A DNA stretch of 39,952 nucleotides from a virus. Taxonomy: Duplodnaviria; Caudoviricetes. Positions 7,367-15,853 of the stretch are shown here, in pieces (the first letter of the stretch is position 1; every line of letters begins with the position of its first letter). Both the position numbers and the translations under genes were made by a program. The stretch lies in IMG/VR virus record IMGVR_UViG_3300020156_000056, positions 1 to 39,952 of that record. One strand, given 5' to 3'. The notes under the pieces are model-generated. The model was not told the DNA's origin. It saw only the letters and a list, made by a program, of their open reading frames with translations, and searched no databases.

Positions 7367-7511
7367 ATACCTACTCCTTTGTTAATGAGTTGCCTGAGCT
7401 ATTGAGGTACGCATCATTTGTTGCGCTACCGTCGGTTGTCAGGGTTCTCGACCTCAGTTTCATAAGGCTCTCACCTTATTCAGATTTCTGTATCTGACTG
7501 AAGCATCTTTC

Positions 7512-7535
7512 CTTGCGAAGAAAAGCCTGCCTCAG
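7512..7535. repeat. 24-bp perfect inverted repeat, left arm
   Basis: CTTGCGAAGAAAAGCCTGCCTCAG is the exact reverse complement of 9385-9408. Confidence 0.95.
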
Positions 7536-7541
7536 TTGAAT

Positions 7542-7566
7542 AAAAAAAACTGGCCGTTGTGACCAG
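7542..7566 (-). terminator. Rho-independent terminator downstream of the recombinase
   Basis: Minus strand CTGGTC-ACAAC-GGCCAG followed by T8. Confidence 0.7.
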
Positions 7567-7667
7567 GTTTCATGTATTACTAAACGTTAGGAGTTTGATA
7601 AATCTAGTAATTTGTGATTAAACAGTTGACTAATGCAACTCTTTACCCGGTCGATATTTTGTTTTCT

Positions 7668-8570
7668 TTAAGGTTCGTTCCAAAACTCTGAAGGTATCTT
7701 AGCACTAGTGGTATCGTTTGTCAATGGGTTTATTGTTTTAGGCGCATAGATGGCGTGTTGCTGTACCTTATGGGACTTCGACATGTGCAGGTAACGCATG
7801 GCGACGTTCACATTTACATGCCCCATCATCTTCATAATATCGTATATGTTTGCACCACTTTCCGCTAGATAGGTACCAAAGCCATGCCGTAAGGAATGGG
7901 GGTTAACATGTTTAATGCCAGCCTTTCTAGAGGCAAGTTTTAGACAAAGGCTCACAGCGCCGCTATGTATTCTCTGTCCGGTAGTAGAGCGGAATATATA
8001 CCCTGTAGTGATCTGCTCCATCATTAAGTAGAGTTGCAAGTAATCTGCCACTCCCTGGTCTATAACTACATCATCATGCTTACCGCCTTTACGGATAATA
8101 TGGATGGTATTTTCGGTGATGTCTTCAACGGTAATATTAATCAGTTCGTTAATGCGCATACCTGACGTAAACAGCAAAAGGACTATAAGCCGATCCCTTG
8201 AACGGGGTATGACTTCTAATAGTTTATTGACTTCTTCAGGGGTTACGTAGCGTATGACTACCTGTTCACGTTTAGTCTGTACGACATGCTCGCTTAATAC
8301 CTGAGTCCAACCGTTTCTGTTCTGGTAAAAGATAAAGCTGCGGATAGAGGATGAATAACGGGCTAAGGTGTTACGCTTTAACCCTTCCGCCTCAATCTGG
8401 ACAAAGAAAGCGTCTACTTTATCGAGGGTAAGCTCATCTAAAGTCTTAATGTGTGCTGTTTGGAAAAACTGTTCTAAATTAGAGCGATAGGTGGTGATGG
8501 TAGTAGGAGAAAAGCCTTTCACCTTACGGGCAAAAGTCAAATAGTCTTCAACTGCCTTACGTATCTCCAT
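7668..8570 (-). CDS. Tyrosine recombinase/integrase (XerC/D-like)
   Basis: N-terminal SAM-like domain. Catalytic residues R (SGMRINEL), K (RKGGK), HxxR (HSLRH), H (MGH) and Y (MRYLH). Start placed at ATG 8570 (GAGG RBS); the ORF is open to 8624. Confidence 0.93.
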   Translation of the reverse strand: MEIRKAVEDYLTFARKVKGFSPTTITTYRSNLEQFFQTAHIKTLDELTLDKVDAFFVQIEAEGLKRNTLARYSSSIRSFIFYQNRNGWTQVLSEHVVQTKREQVVIRYVTPEEVNKLLEVIPRSRDRLIVLLLFTSGMRINELINITVEDITENTIHIIRKGGKHDDVVIDQGVADYLQLYLMMEQITTGYIFRSTTGQRIHSGAVSLCLKLASRKAGIKHVNPHSLRHGFGTYLAESGANIYDIMKMMGHVNVNVAMRYLHMSKSHKVQQHAIYAPKTINPLTNDTTSAKIPSEFWNEP

Positions 8571-9057
8571 CTGTCCACCTCTTGACCTATCTACAGTAAT
8601 ACCATTTTGTTGTATATCTTGCATATAGCTTATGTGTGATATTCATCAAATCTTCATAAAGATAAATATCAAAGTCCTTCAGTAGTTGGGAATGGTTATG
8701 TTATTAAAAACACAAAGCAATAGCTCCCTGCCGGTATTAAGGAGGCAGGTTGATGAGCTATGACTTGGATACCACAAAGCAACGTCTCTAAGGCGCTTAG
8801 TCTTTTCCTGCCGTATTTGCATTCACAGGTACGCTTTTTTTAAGTCTAACCAAAGTTAAACAGGTGAACATTAAAACACCTCAAGGAGCACTATCGTAGA
8901 GTCTCTAGTCTAAGCTTTTCATGCCCACTACCGTAGTATCACTTCTATCTCATGCATTGAGCAGGTCAGGGGTTATTTTAGATACCCCAAAACTATCAAT
9001 ACACGAAGCAATAAACCCTCCGTAGATGTACCCATGCCTGAATACCAGGCTATGTGG

Positions 9058-9237
9058 TTACTTTGCTAATTTCTCTATTGCAAGGAGTCCTTTTGAAAGA
9101 GCCTCCTTTAACTGTTGTAACTGGAAATCTTTGTCAGTACCGATAGATTCGGGTTCGATTGTCTCATACGATTTATTGGCAATCTTAAGAGCGTTCGTGA
9201 GTGAACGCCGAACTTTTTCTAGGTCTTCTTTTTGCAT
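9058..9237 (-). CDS. Small helical protein enclosed by an inverted repeat
   Basis: GGAGG RBS, ATG 9237, 59 aa. Flanked by an IR at 9022-9046 / 9262-9287. Confidence 0.65.
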   Translation of the reverse strand: MQKEDLEKVRRSLTNALKIANKSYETIEPESIGTDKDFQLQQLKEALSKGLLAIEKLAK

Positions 9238-9348
9238 TGTGCCTCCATTATAAGCCATCTCGGTAATGCAGGCACAGGTACATCTACTGTCTACAGGGCT
9301 GTTATCGTACAGCCGGACGTAGTATCCAAGTTTTTAAGACTCGGGGTA

Positions 9349-9408
9349 TAAAAAAGACCCCAGAGTTATAGCTATCGCTATGCTCTGAGGCAGGCTTTTC
9401 TTCGCAAG
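9349..9408 (-). ncRNA. Putative ~60-nt small RNA or attenuated leader
   Basis: Starts just downstream of a sigma70-type promoter and folds into a stem followed by a T-run. Its first 24 nt (9408-9385) are the IR arm complementary to 7512-7535. Confidence 0.6.
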
Positions 9409-9414
9409 ACCTTC

Positions 9415-9443
9415 ATTGTATCACAACTAGCCGCATAAGGCAA
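9415..9443 (-). promoter_or_regulatory. Sigma70-type promoter
   Basis: TTGCCT, 17 bp spacer, TACAAT, with TG at the extended -10 position. Confidence 0.75.
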
Positions 9444-9566
9444 TATACAAAGGCAAAGGCCACCCGAAGTTTGTTGGAACGAACCTTTGGGGTGGCCTTC
9501 TGGATAGTCCGCCGAAGGGCTTCCTATCGTTAAGCTATTCTAGCATTTTAAGGCTAGTTTGTCGAG

Positions 9567-9719
9567 CTACAACGGGGCTGTATCTACGATCTCATCTTTG
9601 ATGGCTAAGAAGGCTGTAAGTCCTTCTAAGGCGATCTGTGAGGCGATACGCTGCACTTCCGCGTCTTCTAACGCTTCCTGTAACATGATCTCAAATTCTT
9701 GGGCGTTTGGCTTATCCAT
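9567..9719 (-). CDS. Small acidic protein (50 aa, MDKPNAQEFE...)
   Basis: Read by hand. Open frame, co-oriented, weak RBS. Confidence 0.5.
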   Translation of the reverse strand: MDKPNAQEFEIMLQEALEDAEVQRIASQIALEGLTAFLAIKDEIVDTAPL

Positions 9720-9752
9720 AATTAACTCTTAACCGCAGCCGAAGCGGGTTAA

Positions 9753-10124
9753 TTAAATACTTGTTCCATTTGTATCAGGGGTTGTTGATTTGTAAGATGT
9801 TCCGTTAGGGAGATCATGTTTCTTACCATCAGCGATGACCGTGAAGATTGTCGCACCTTCTTTTACGCCAGTCCATTTATCGTAGCCTTTCATATCGTAC
9901 ACTTGGTCAAGCCAGTCGCGACAAGTAAGCTTGATTGTATCTTTAAGTGCCTTCCGCTGTTCCTTGTCTCCTGTTAAATCACACATTTGCATGAGACGTC
10001 CCACGAGGGTATCTAATTCACTATGTGAGATTGGGACACGTAGGCCGATTTCATCACTATATTGGATTAAAACATTGTGGTCTGTGTTTTGGGGATCTTG
10101 GTTTTGGGCTAAACTTTCTTTCAT
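9753..10124 (-). CDS. Hypothetical protein enclosed by a short inverted repeat
   Basis: 123 aa. Flanked by CCGCAGCCGA (9733-9742) / TCGGCTGCGG (10151-10160). Confidence 0.75.
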   Translation of the reverse strand: MKESLAQNQDPQNTDHNVLIQYSDEIGLRVPISHSELDTLVGRLMQMCDLTGDKEQRKALKDTIKLTCRDWLDQVYDMKGYDKWTGVKEGATIFTVIADGKKHDLPNGTSYKSTTPDTNGTSI

Positions 10125-10181
10125 AACTAAACTCTCTTTCTAAACTAAACTCGGCTGCGGATAATAATAAACTGAAATTAT

Positions 10182-10367
10182 TTAACCAATTACGCGCGCA
10201 CCAAAGTTGGCCATAAACACAATAATGCCCACGATAATACCTACCACGATAGCGATCTTACGGTTATTGGGTGCGGGGGCAGTAGTATCACTAATGAAGG
10301 TCAAAGTCAGCCAATAGGCGACACAAAAACCTAATATGCCGAATAGTACGTTAAGTAAGAAAATCAT
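10182..10367 (-). CDS. Two-TM membrane protein of the lysis region
   Basis: 61 aa, two hydrophobic helices, overlaps the holin stop codon. Confidence 0.7.
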   Translation of the reverse strand: MIFLLNVLFGILGFCVAYWLTLTFISDTTAPAPNNRKIAIVVGIIVGIIVFMANFGARVIG

Positions 10368-10603
10368 TATTTAGTCTCCTTGCTGTCTACAGTAAATGAA
10401 GCTGAATTAGTATTACCTGTGCCTGACGCAACCACGCTCATTAATACAGAGATGATTCCTGCGGTGGCTCCTACGGCCGCCATAGCTTTCATGTCGGCGT
10501 TTAAGATTGTTGTACCACTAACTGTCAGCACTGCGAGCCACGCCTGTGATACGGTTCGTATGGCTCTTTCAATAGCATCTTTCCAAAATAGTTTCGTAAA
10601 CAT
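10367..10603 (-). CDS. Holin, phage r1t type
   Basis: FWKDAIERAIRTVSQA...SVLMSVVAS pattern typical of r1t holins. Near the endolysin. Confidence 0.85.
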   Translation of the reverse strand: MFTKLFWKDAIERAIRTVSQAWLAVLTVSGTTILNADMKAMAAVGATAGIISVLMSVVASGTGNTNSASFTVDSKETK

Positions 10604-10845
10604 TATGCTCGCTCGCTTTCTTCCGGTTCGGCCTCAGGCTCGGGTTCCGGTGGTTTAATTTCTTTGACCTCAGATAATTTAATATCGGTGATTTTGTTGT
10701 CTATCTCGTTACCTTCTTTTTCGTTAAGGATTTTACCTTTACCGTGGGTTTCGCGTAATTGCTCGATGGCCTGGTCGTCGTCTTCGGCTTCTATTTGTCC
10801 TGTGACTTGGCCTGCGGTAAGTGTTAATTCGTAGTTGTATAACAT
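10603..10845 (-). CDS. Acidic hypothetical protein
   Basis: 80 aa, AAGGAG RBS, PEPEPE tail. Confidence 0.7.
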   Translation of the reverse strand: MLYNYELTLTAGQVTGQIEAEDDDQAIEQLRETHGKGKILNEKEGNEIDNKITDIKLSEVKEIKPPEPEPEAEPEESERA

Positions 10846-10854
10846 CTGTACTCC

Positions 10855-11568
10855 TTATTTAACTTCGTAAACGCCCGGTTTTAATGACTGGGGTCTGTTA
10901 GTTTGTTCTAAATCTTTTGTGAGGTTAGCGATCTGGAGTCGTAGCTGATCCATCTCTTTAAGTGTTTTTGCCTTGTAGTCTTCCAAAGAATTGAATACGT
11001 CTACGACATTTTGAATCACGACGTTCTGATCTTTGCTGCTGTTAATCGCTGGCCATGACTTTGTTCGCTGGACTGCCAAACCGAGCTTTTTTAAATACTC
11101 GTCTTCGGGCGCTAGTGGCATGTTTTCTCCTTTTGCTTCTTTTACAATCCTTTCAACATCCAACGCACCTGGACAGGCGGTTGGAACATTTGAAACATCC
11201 CTATGGCGTTTAAAATCTGTTATGCCGTATTTCTGGATAAGTTCTCTCGTGAGTTGGATAGAGGTTCTGTACATGGCTTCGGTATACGGGACGGTCGGAA
11301 GTCCTCCGGCGTGTTCGATGGTGATAGAACGGGAGTTAGAATCTGAATTGGCGTCGGTATATGGAGTGTCTTCTTCCCTCACGCATTGATAGAGGGTGCC
11401 GTCCGAACCGATAACATAGGTAGCCGATACTTCTTCACCAGGCTTCTTAAAACGGTTTATTGCCGCCATAGCGTCCCCTACGATATGGTGGTACGTAATT
11501 CTGGTAATAGGGTTTCGGCGACCTGGTTGAAAATTCCCCGTGACGGCGGCTTGCCAGATTGATTTCAT
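10855..11568 (-). CDS. Endolysin, N-acetylmuramoyl-L-alanine amidase (Amidase_2)
   Basis: ITYHH, SATYVIG, SITIEH, HRDV..TACPG zinc-amidase motifs. C-terminal coiled coil. Confidence 0.92.
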   Translation of the reverse strand: MKSIWQAAVTGNFQPGRRNPITRITYHHIVGDAMAAINRFKKPGEEVSATYVIGSDGTLYQCVREEDTPYTDANSDSNSRSITIEHAGGLPTVPYTEAMYRTSIQLTRELIQKYGITDFKRHRDVSNVPTACPGALDVERIVKEAKGENMPLAPEDEYLKKLGLAVQRTKSWPAINSSKDQNVVIQNVVDVFNSLEDYKAKTLKEMDQLRLQIANLTKDLEQTNRPQSLKPGVYEVK

Positions 11569-11903
11569 TTTTTAAATTCCTCCTTCATCTTTGCCAACTG
11601 TCTCTGAAGGGATTCATTAGCAAACTTGGTTTCAGATAATTCACTTCGGAGTGCGTCAATTTGGGTACTAAGTTTCGACATGGCACGTTCCATATGGTCA
11701 ATAAGAAGGGATTTACGGGTAATGTCCTGCTGTTGCTCTTTAATAAGCCTGTCGTAGCCGTCAAGGATAAGATCCATGCGGTCTTTGGGCTGGCGGGATA
11801 GTTTGGTGCTGATCTGGTTTTTGTATTTAACCGAAAGGTACGTGATGGTAATGCCGCCCAGCGTTGAAATGAGCGTAACCCAAATAGTCTGTTCATTTTG
11901 CAT
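11565..11903 (-). CDS. Single-TM coiled-coil protein (lysis accessory)
   Basis: N-terminal TM plus heptad-rich C-terminus, directly before the endolysin. Confidence 0.75.
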   Translation of the reverse strand: MQNEQTIWVTLISTLGGITITYLSVKYKNQISTKLSRQPKDRMDLILDGYDRLIKEQQQDITRKSLLIDHMERAMSKLSTQIDALRSELSETKFANESLQRQLAKMKEEFKK

Positions 11904-12327
11904 TCCGAGTTCCAGTCATGACTGGCAGGAAGTATATATATGTACCAATCTGGACGTAGAGGAAAAAAGCCCACACCATTGTCCAGATAATGGTTGCGGG
12001 GTTATGGGTAGTACGTTGGATAAGCATTCCGAGCCAGAGCGTTTTTATTGTTATACCAGCTAAAAGGGTCTTGCGTAGGAAGTCCCAGTCGTTTAAGATT
12101 TTGCCCACGAACATAGTTATTGAAAGGGCAAGGAATATGCCACCCCACACCGCAAAAGTGAAAATCTTATTGATTAAAAATAAGTTGGTAATCAGTCGTC
12201 CGTGAGGCAATAAGAAAATAAGCCCTAAGCCAATTCCGGCGTTAATAAAGGCATATCCCAAACAAATCCAATTCGTAAGTGGTGAAACAGATTTCAAAGA
12301 TGGTCGGACGTCGTGTAATGTATCCAT
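11893..12327 (-). CDS. Four-TM membrane protein (possible holin or lysis accessory)
   Basis: Four hydrophobic segments, at the start of the lysis cassette. Confidence 0.7.
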   Translation of the reverse strand: MDTLHDVRPSLKSVSPLTNWICLGYAFINAGIGLGLIFLLPHGRLITNLFLINKIFTFAVWGGIFLALSITMFVGKILNDWDFLRKTLLAGITIKTLWLGMLIQRTTHNPATIIWTMVWAFFLYVQIGTYIYFLPVMTGTRNAK

Positions 12328-12328
12328 T

Positions 12329-13180
12329 TTAGATAGCCGTTACCACAATTTCTCCGGGAGCTGTGGCGGACGCCGCGGCAACAGTCGTAAGAGGGCTGTC
12401 GTTTACGGCAGTTAACTTGTAAGTGTGTGATCCGGCACTCGGTGCTGCTACCCGAGCGACTACAGTCGGTACAGCACTATCTACGGTTTGATAGGTACGA
12501 ATGCGTTTGCCGTTTAAGATGGTCGCTCCTTCTTTAATCTGGAACCAAGAGGCAGTATCGCCAGCCCCCGAGCCTGTCATAAACGGTATGGTGGCTTCTA
12601 TGCGTACATCTCGCCCACCAGCTGGAACGGTGACGGTGACGCTTACTATATCAACGGCGGAGTTATTGACGTTTTGGCCTGCGGTGACAGTAGCGGCACC
12701 GAGTTTAATCGCGCTCGTAGATAACTTAGCTGCGGTGATTGCGTTATCTATAACTGTTGCGGTGGCCACTAGGTTAGCCTCAGTGAATGGCTTATGGGTG
12801 CCGTCTTGGTTGTGTCCTGCTGTTGCCCAATCATAAAGGTCTTTAGCCCATGCTGAAGTAGGTGTAATCTCTACTATCGCGCCAGCTGAGTATGCCCTAT
12901 CAGTACCTCCGGTAATATCTAGGTTGCTAATCGTGGTACCTGATAACGTACCAGTCCAGTCTGTTTGGGAACTTGCGTCCTTTACCTGTATACCTCCGAT
13001 GGTGGTAGTCGTATAAATTACGAAGTGTATTTTAGAGGTGATTGTCCAGTTGGTAGCAGCCGCAATCGTAATGCTGGCGGCTCCTATTGATTTTCCGGGA
13101 CTTTGTAAAGTTGTTACCACAGGGCGGCTTGTTGTACTGTCGGTAACTCGATCAAGCTTGTCTGTTGTTGCACCAGCCAT
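12329..13180 (-). CDS. Putative tail fibre/spike structural protein
   Basis: Thr/Ala/Gly-rich and beta-type, with a DNAITAAKL repeat-like motif. Follows the tail nozzle gene. Confidence 0.65.
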   Translation of the reverse strand: MAGATTDKLDRVTDSTTSRPVVTTLQSPGKSIGAASITIAAATNWTITSKIHFVIYTTTTIGGIQVKDASSQTDWTGTLSGTTISNLDITGGTDRAYSAGAIVEITPTSAWAKDLYDWATAGHNQDGTHKPFTEANLVATATVIDNAITAAKLSTSAIKLGAATVTAGQNVNNSAVDIVSVTVTVPAGGRDVRIEATIPFMTGSGAGDTASWFQIKEGATILNGKRIRTYQTVDSAVPTVVARVAAPSAGSHTYKLTAVNDSPLTTVAAASATAPGEIVVTAI

Positions 13181-13181
13181 A

Positions 13182-15191
13182 TTAGTCTTCTATATCCTTT
13201 CTGCCTACGGGTACGTAAGCAACAATTACTTCTGATAGTTCGTAGCTCACGCCAGCGTCTACCGTATTTACTCCAAAGTTCAAATAATTAACTTCTTCAT
13301 CAACATCAATCTTCTTTTCTACACGGGGTTTACTTGATGCTACTGCGCGCATTTCCCCATATGGCAAGTTGCCCCACCCTACCGTTCCAAACCCATACGA
13401 TCCCCAAGCTGAGACAGATTCGGTAGTGGCAGATGTCACTATGTCGGTGAGGGTAATCAGGCCATCTTCTGTGTTCGCAATGACTGAAAGGTTGATAGAG
13501 CCTTGAGGCCGTAAGAAGACAAATGTCACATCGAGGACTGAACCCCATATCATGCCGTCTTCTGAAAACTTAATAGCACCAGAACCGATGTTTGTAAGAA
13601 ACGGCGTCCCGTTGTCGTTTGTTGCTGAGTTGACGTCAAATTCGACAATCTTGTTCGCAACCAGGGCTAACGATTTGGTTTTACCATCTGAGTTGTCGGC
13701 GTATAACGTAAGCCAATCAGCTGCAATGTTAAGCGGACGCATCCAGGCACCTTTTTGTCGTAAGTCAAGCAACCAGATTTGGTTATTAGTAGTGGAAGCG
13801 AACGGCACTGCCCAATAAATGGTTCGGTCATTCGCCATACCGACGCATGAGTCCATATATAAGGAGCTAAGGGAATTAACATCTGGTGCGATATTGTCGC
13901 TAATCCCGGTGGTCGAAAGGATGTTCTGAATTTGTGCGCGGGTTGTGGTGGTCTTGAAGGAAGTTCGGGATGGATACCACAAGGCGTCATCTAATAGAAC
14001 TACGCCGTCCGGTGAGTCGGTTCCGTCTTGACCGTTATCTTCTACCACGTTCATGTAAGAGATAACCGTATCGCCTACTGTCGTGGTCGTGGGTGAGAGT
14101 AAGTAGCGTTTACCCGTACCATTGGTGCCCTTGGATAGAACAGCGGCCATAGGGGTACCTTTACCGTCACGGAACGGCATAGCTTTTACAGGAAAGTCTT
14201 TGCCGCCTTTGTTTGGTTCGACCCAGCCACCACCGTTGTAACTTGAGAAATCAAGGGCTGAAGCGCCAGTACCACCAAACCATATGCGGCCTGGATTATC
14301 GGCGTCACCTACCATGTAAGGTTGACCTTTAATGTTTGTCACTCTGGTAGTCTTTGGTCCCGACGTTGAATCACCAAGCGGGGCAAGTCGGTTAACGTTG
14401 GTAGCTATTGATCCTATATCGTTATAGGTGAATGTCGTTCCTGAACCGGGGTCAGGTACAGAATCTAAGAAGTATTCAAAGCCCGCCTGGTCACCGAGGT
14501 AAATGTTATACCGCGCCGCGCCTGTAACACGCGTAATGGTGATGGCCATAAACTCAGTGGTGCCATTCCACAAGTCACGCACTTTACTAATGCCTACCGA
14601 TGTAGCAGCACTTGCCGCCGTTTCACCTGAATTTGTGGCGGTCACTTTGTAACGTAAGGAATACGTCGTGCCGCCTACACCTGTAGCAGCAAGCGTTGGG
14701 GCGTTAGGGGTGGCGAGGGCGGTCAAAGGCGTAATCGTGAGGGTGGAAATATCCATATAGGATAAGTTGTCTACGCCATTGGTAATCAGTACGACGCCAT
14801 ATACCTGTTCAAAGTGTGCTTTAGCAGTGGAGTCATACGTCTTTCCAGTTACGACGGTATGCGCCCCGCCATTTTTGGAGACTATGACAGTTCCGGTGCC
14901 TGAACGGTCTTCCATCCATATAAGCCAGGTTTCAGGGATTGTCCCGTTAAACTTTACGAACTCGTATATCTGGCCTCTTACCGTCCCGGTAGGTTGGACA
15001 CCATATTCTTTAAGGCCAGGACGGGGTTTAATTGTGCCGTTCTGTGACGAAATCACATTCTCTGTCGTACTTAAGGCGTCATTCGGGATACGGTCATCAT
15101 CGAGGCGGGACATGTAACCTTTCGGCCAGCCTGTAATAGAGACATACTTGATGTCCGGTGATCTTTCAGCTGTTTGTGAAGGCCGAATCAT
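13182..15191 (-). CDS. Tail nozzle / stabilisation protein (P22 gp10-like position)
   Basis: ~669 aa with beta-propeller-like composition and an N-terminal ENV...G.IKPRPG motif. Follows the adaptor. Start moved to ATG 15191. Confidence 0.75.
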   Translation of the reverse strand: MIRPSQTAERSPDIKYVSITGWPKGYMSRLDDDRIPNDALSTTENVISSQNGTIKPRPGLKEYGVQPTGTVRGQIYEFVKFNGTIPETWLIWMEDRSGTGTVIVSKNGGAHTVVTGKTYDSTAKAHFEQVYGVVLITNGVDNLSYMDISTLTITPLTALATPNAPTLAATGVGGTTYSLRYKVTATNSGETAASAATSVGISKVRDLWNGTTEFMAITITRVTGAARYNIYLGDQAGFEYFLDSVPDPGSGTTFTYNDIGSIATNVNRLAPLGDSTSGPKTTRVTNIKGQPYMVGDADNPGRIWFGGTGASALDFSSYNGGGWVEPNKGGKDFPVKAMPFRDGKGTPMAAVLSKGTNGTGKRYLLSPTTTTVGDTVISYMNVVEDNGQDGTDSPDGVVLLDDALWYPSRTSFKTTTTRAQIQNILSTTGISDNIAPDVNSLSSLYMDSCVGMANDRTIYWAVPFASTTNNQIWLLDLRQKGAWMRPLNIAADWLTLYADNSDGKTKSLALVANKIVEFDVNSATNDNGTPFLTNIGSGAIKFSEDGMIWGSVLDVTFVFLRPQGSINLSVIANTEDGLITLTDIVTSATTESVSAWGSYGFGTVGWGNLPYGEMRAVASSKPRVEKKIDVDEEVNYLNFGVNTVDAGVSYELSEVIVAYVPVGRKDIED

Positions 15192-15192
15192 G

Positions 15193-15852
15193 CTAAATCC
15201 ACGATTCCCCGGCTGGTGTCCATGGCGTAGATACGGTGTTATACTGCCCGCCATTCGCTTGCTTCATCTTAATCATGGACTGTTCGGCGTAGGCTAAGAG
15301 GTCGTCTTTGGTGTTGCGTTTAACAAGGTCGTTACGTACAAATTCGTACGCGCTCATGTAGGCAAGCCACATAGGGTCGTCCACTTGCACGACATCGGAA
15401 CCATCTGTAATATCATCGGGGTATAAAATTGCGGGAACGGATAAGCCGTACCCAAAGACACTGGACGAAGCGCTAAATGCGCTCGGAAACTTGAGGTTTC
15501 TACCTACTTGGGCAACTACATCGTTATTCCGGTACGCATATAACTGATTAGGCTTTACAATGGTGTACGTTTTGGAACTTGTACCGTTTGAAGCAATTGC
15601 ATAGTCACCTTCCCGCTTGGACAAGTACTGTATGGTGGTGTCAATTGGGAATGTATCGGTTGCTGAAATTGAACCGACGCTAACCAATGCATAGAGGCTA
15701 TCCCATTCCACACCTGGTTCTGTTGCCCATAGTTTTTGCATTGAATCTACGATACTGAGCAAGGTTTCGTATTTACTCGTTCCCACGGCGGGTGGTATCG
15801 CCTTACGGTTGGCGTGTAAATAAGCCTTTTGGATGATCTCGTCGGCAGTCAT
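15193..15852 (-). CDS. Head-to-tail adaptor protein
   Basis: 219 aa with a helical N-terminus (MTADEIIQKAY). Position before the nozzle. Confidence 0.65.
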   Translation of the reverse strand: MTADEIIQKAYLHANRKAIPPAVGTSKYETLLSIVDSMQKLWATEPGVEWDSLYALVSVGSISATDTFPIDTTIQYLSKREGDYAIASNGTSSKTYTIVKPNQLYAYRNNDVVAQVGRNLKFPSAFSASSSVFGYGLSVPAILYPDDITDGSDVVQVDDPMWLAYMSAYEFVRNDLVKRNTKDDLLAYAEQSMIKMKQANGGQYNTVSTPWTPAGESWI

Positions 15853-15853
15853 G

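Noticed and set aside
8625-9020. attP site upstream of the recombinase
   Set aside because: The location is plausible and has several hairpins, but no core or arm repeats could be identified without a host sequence.
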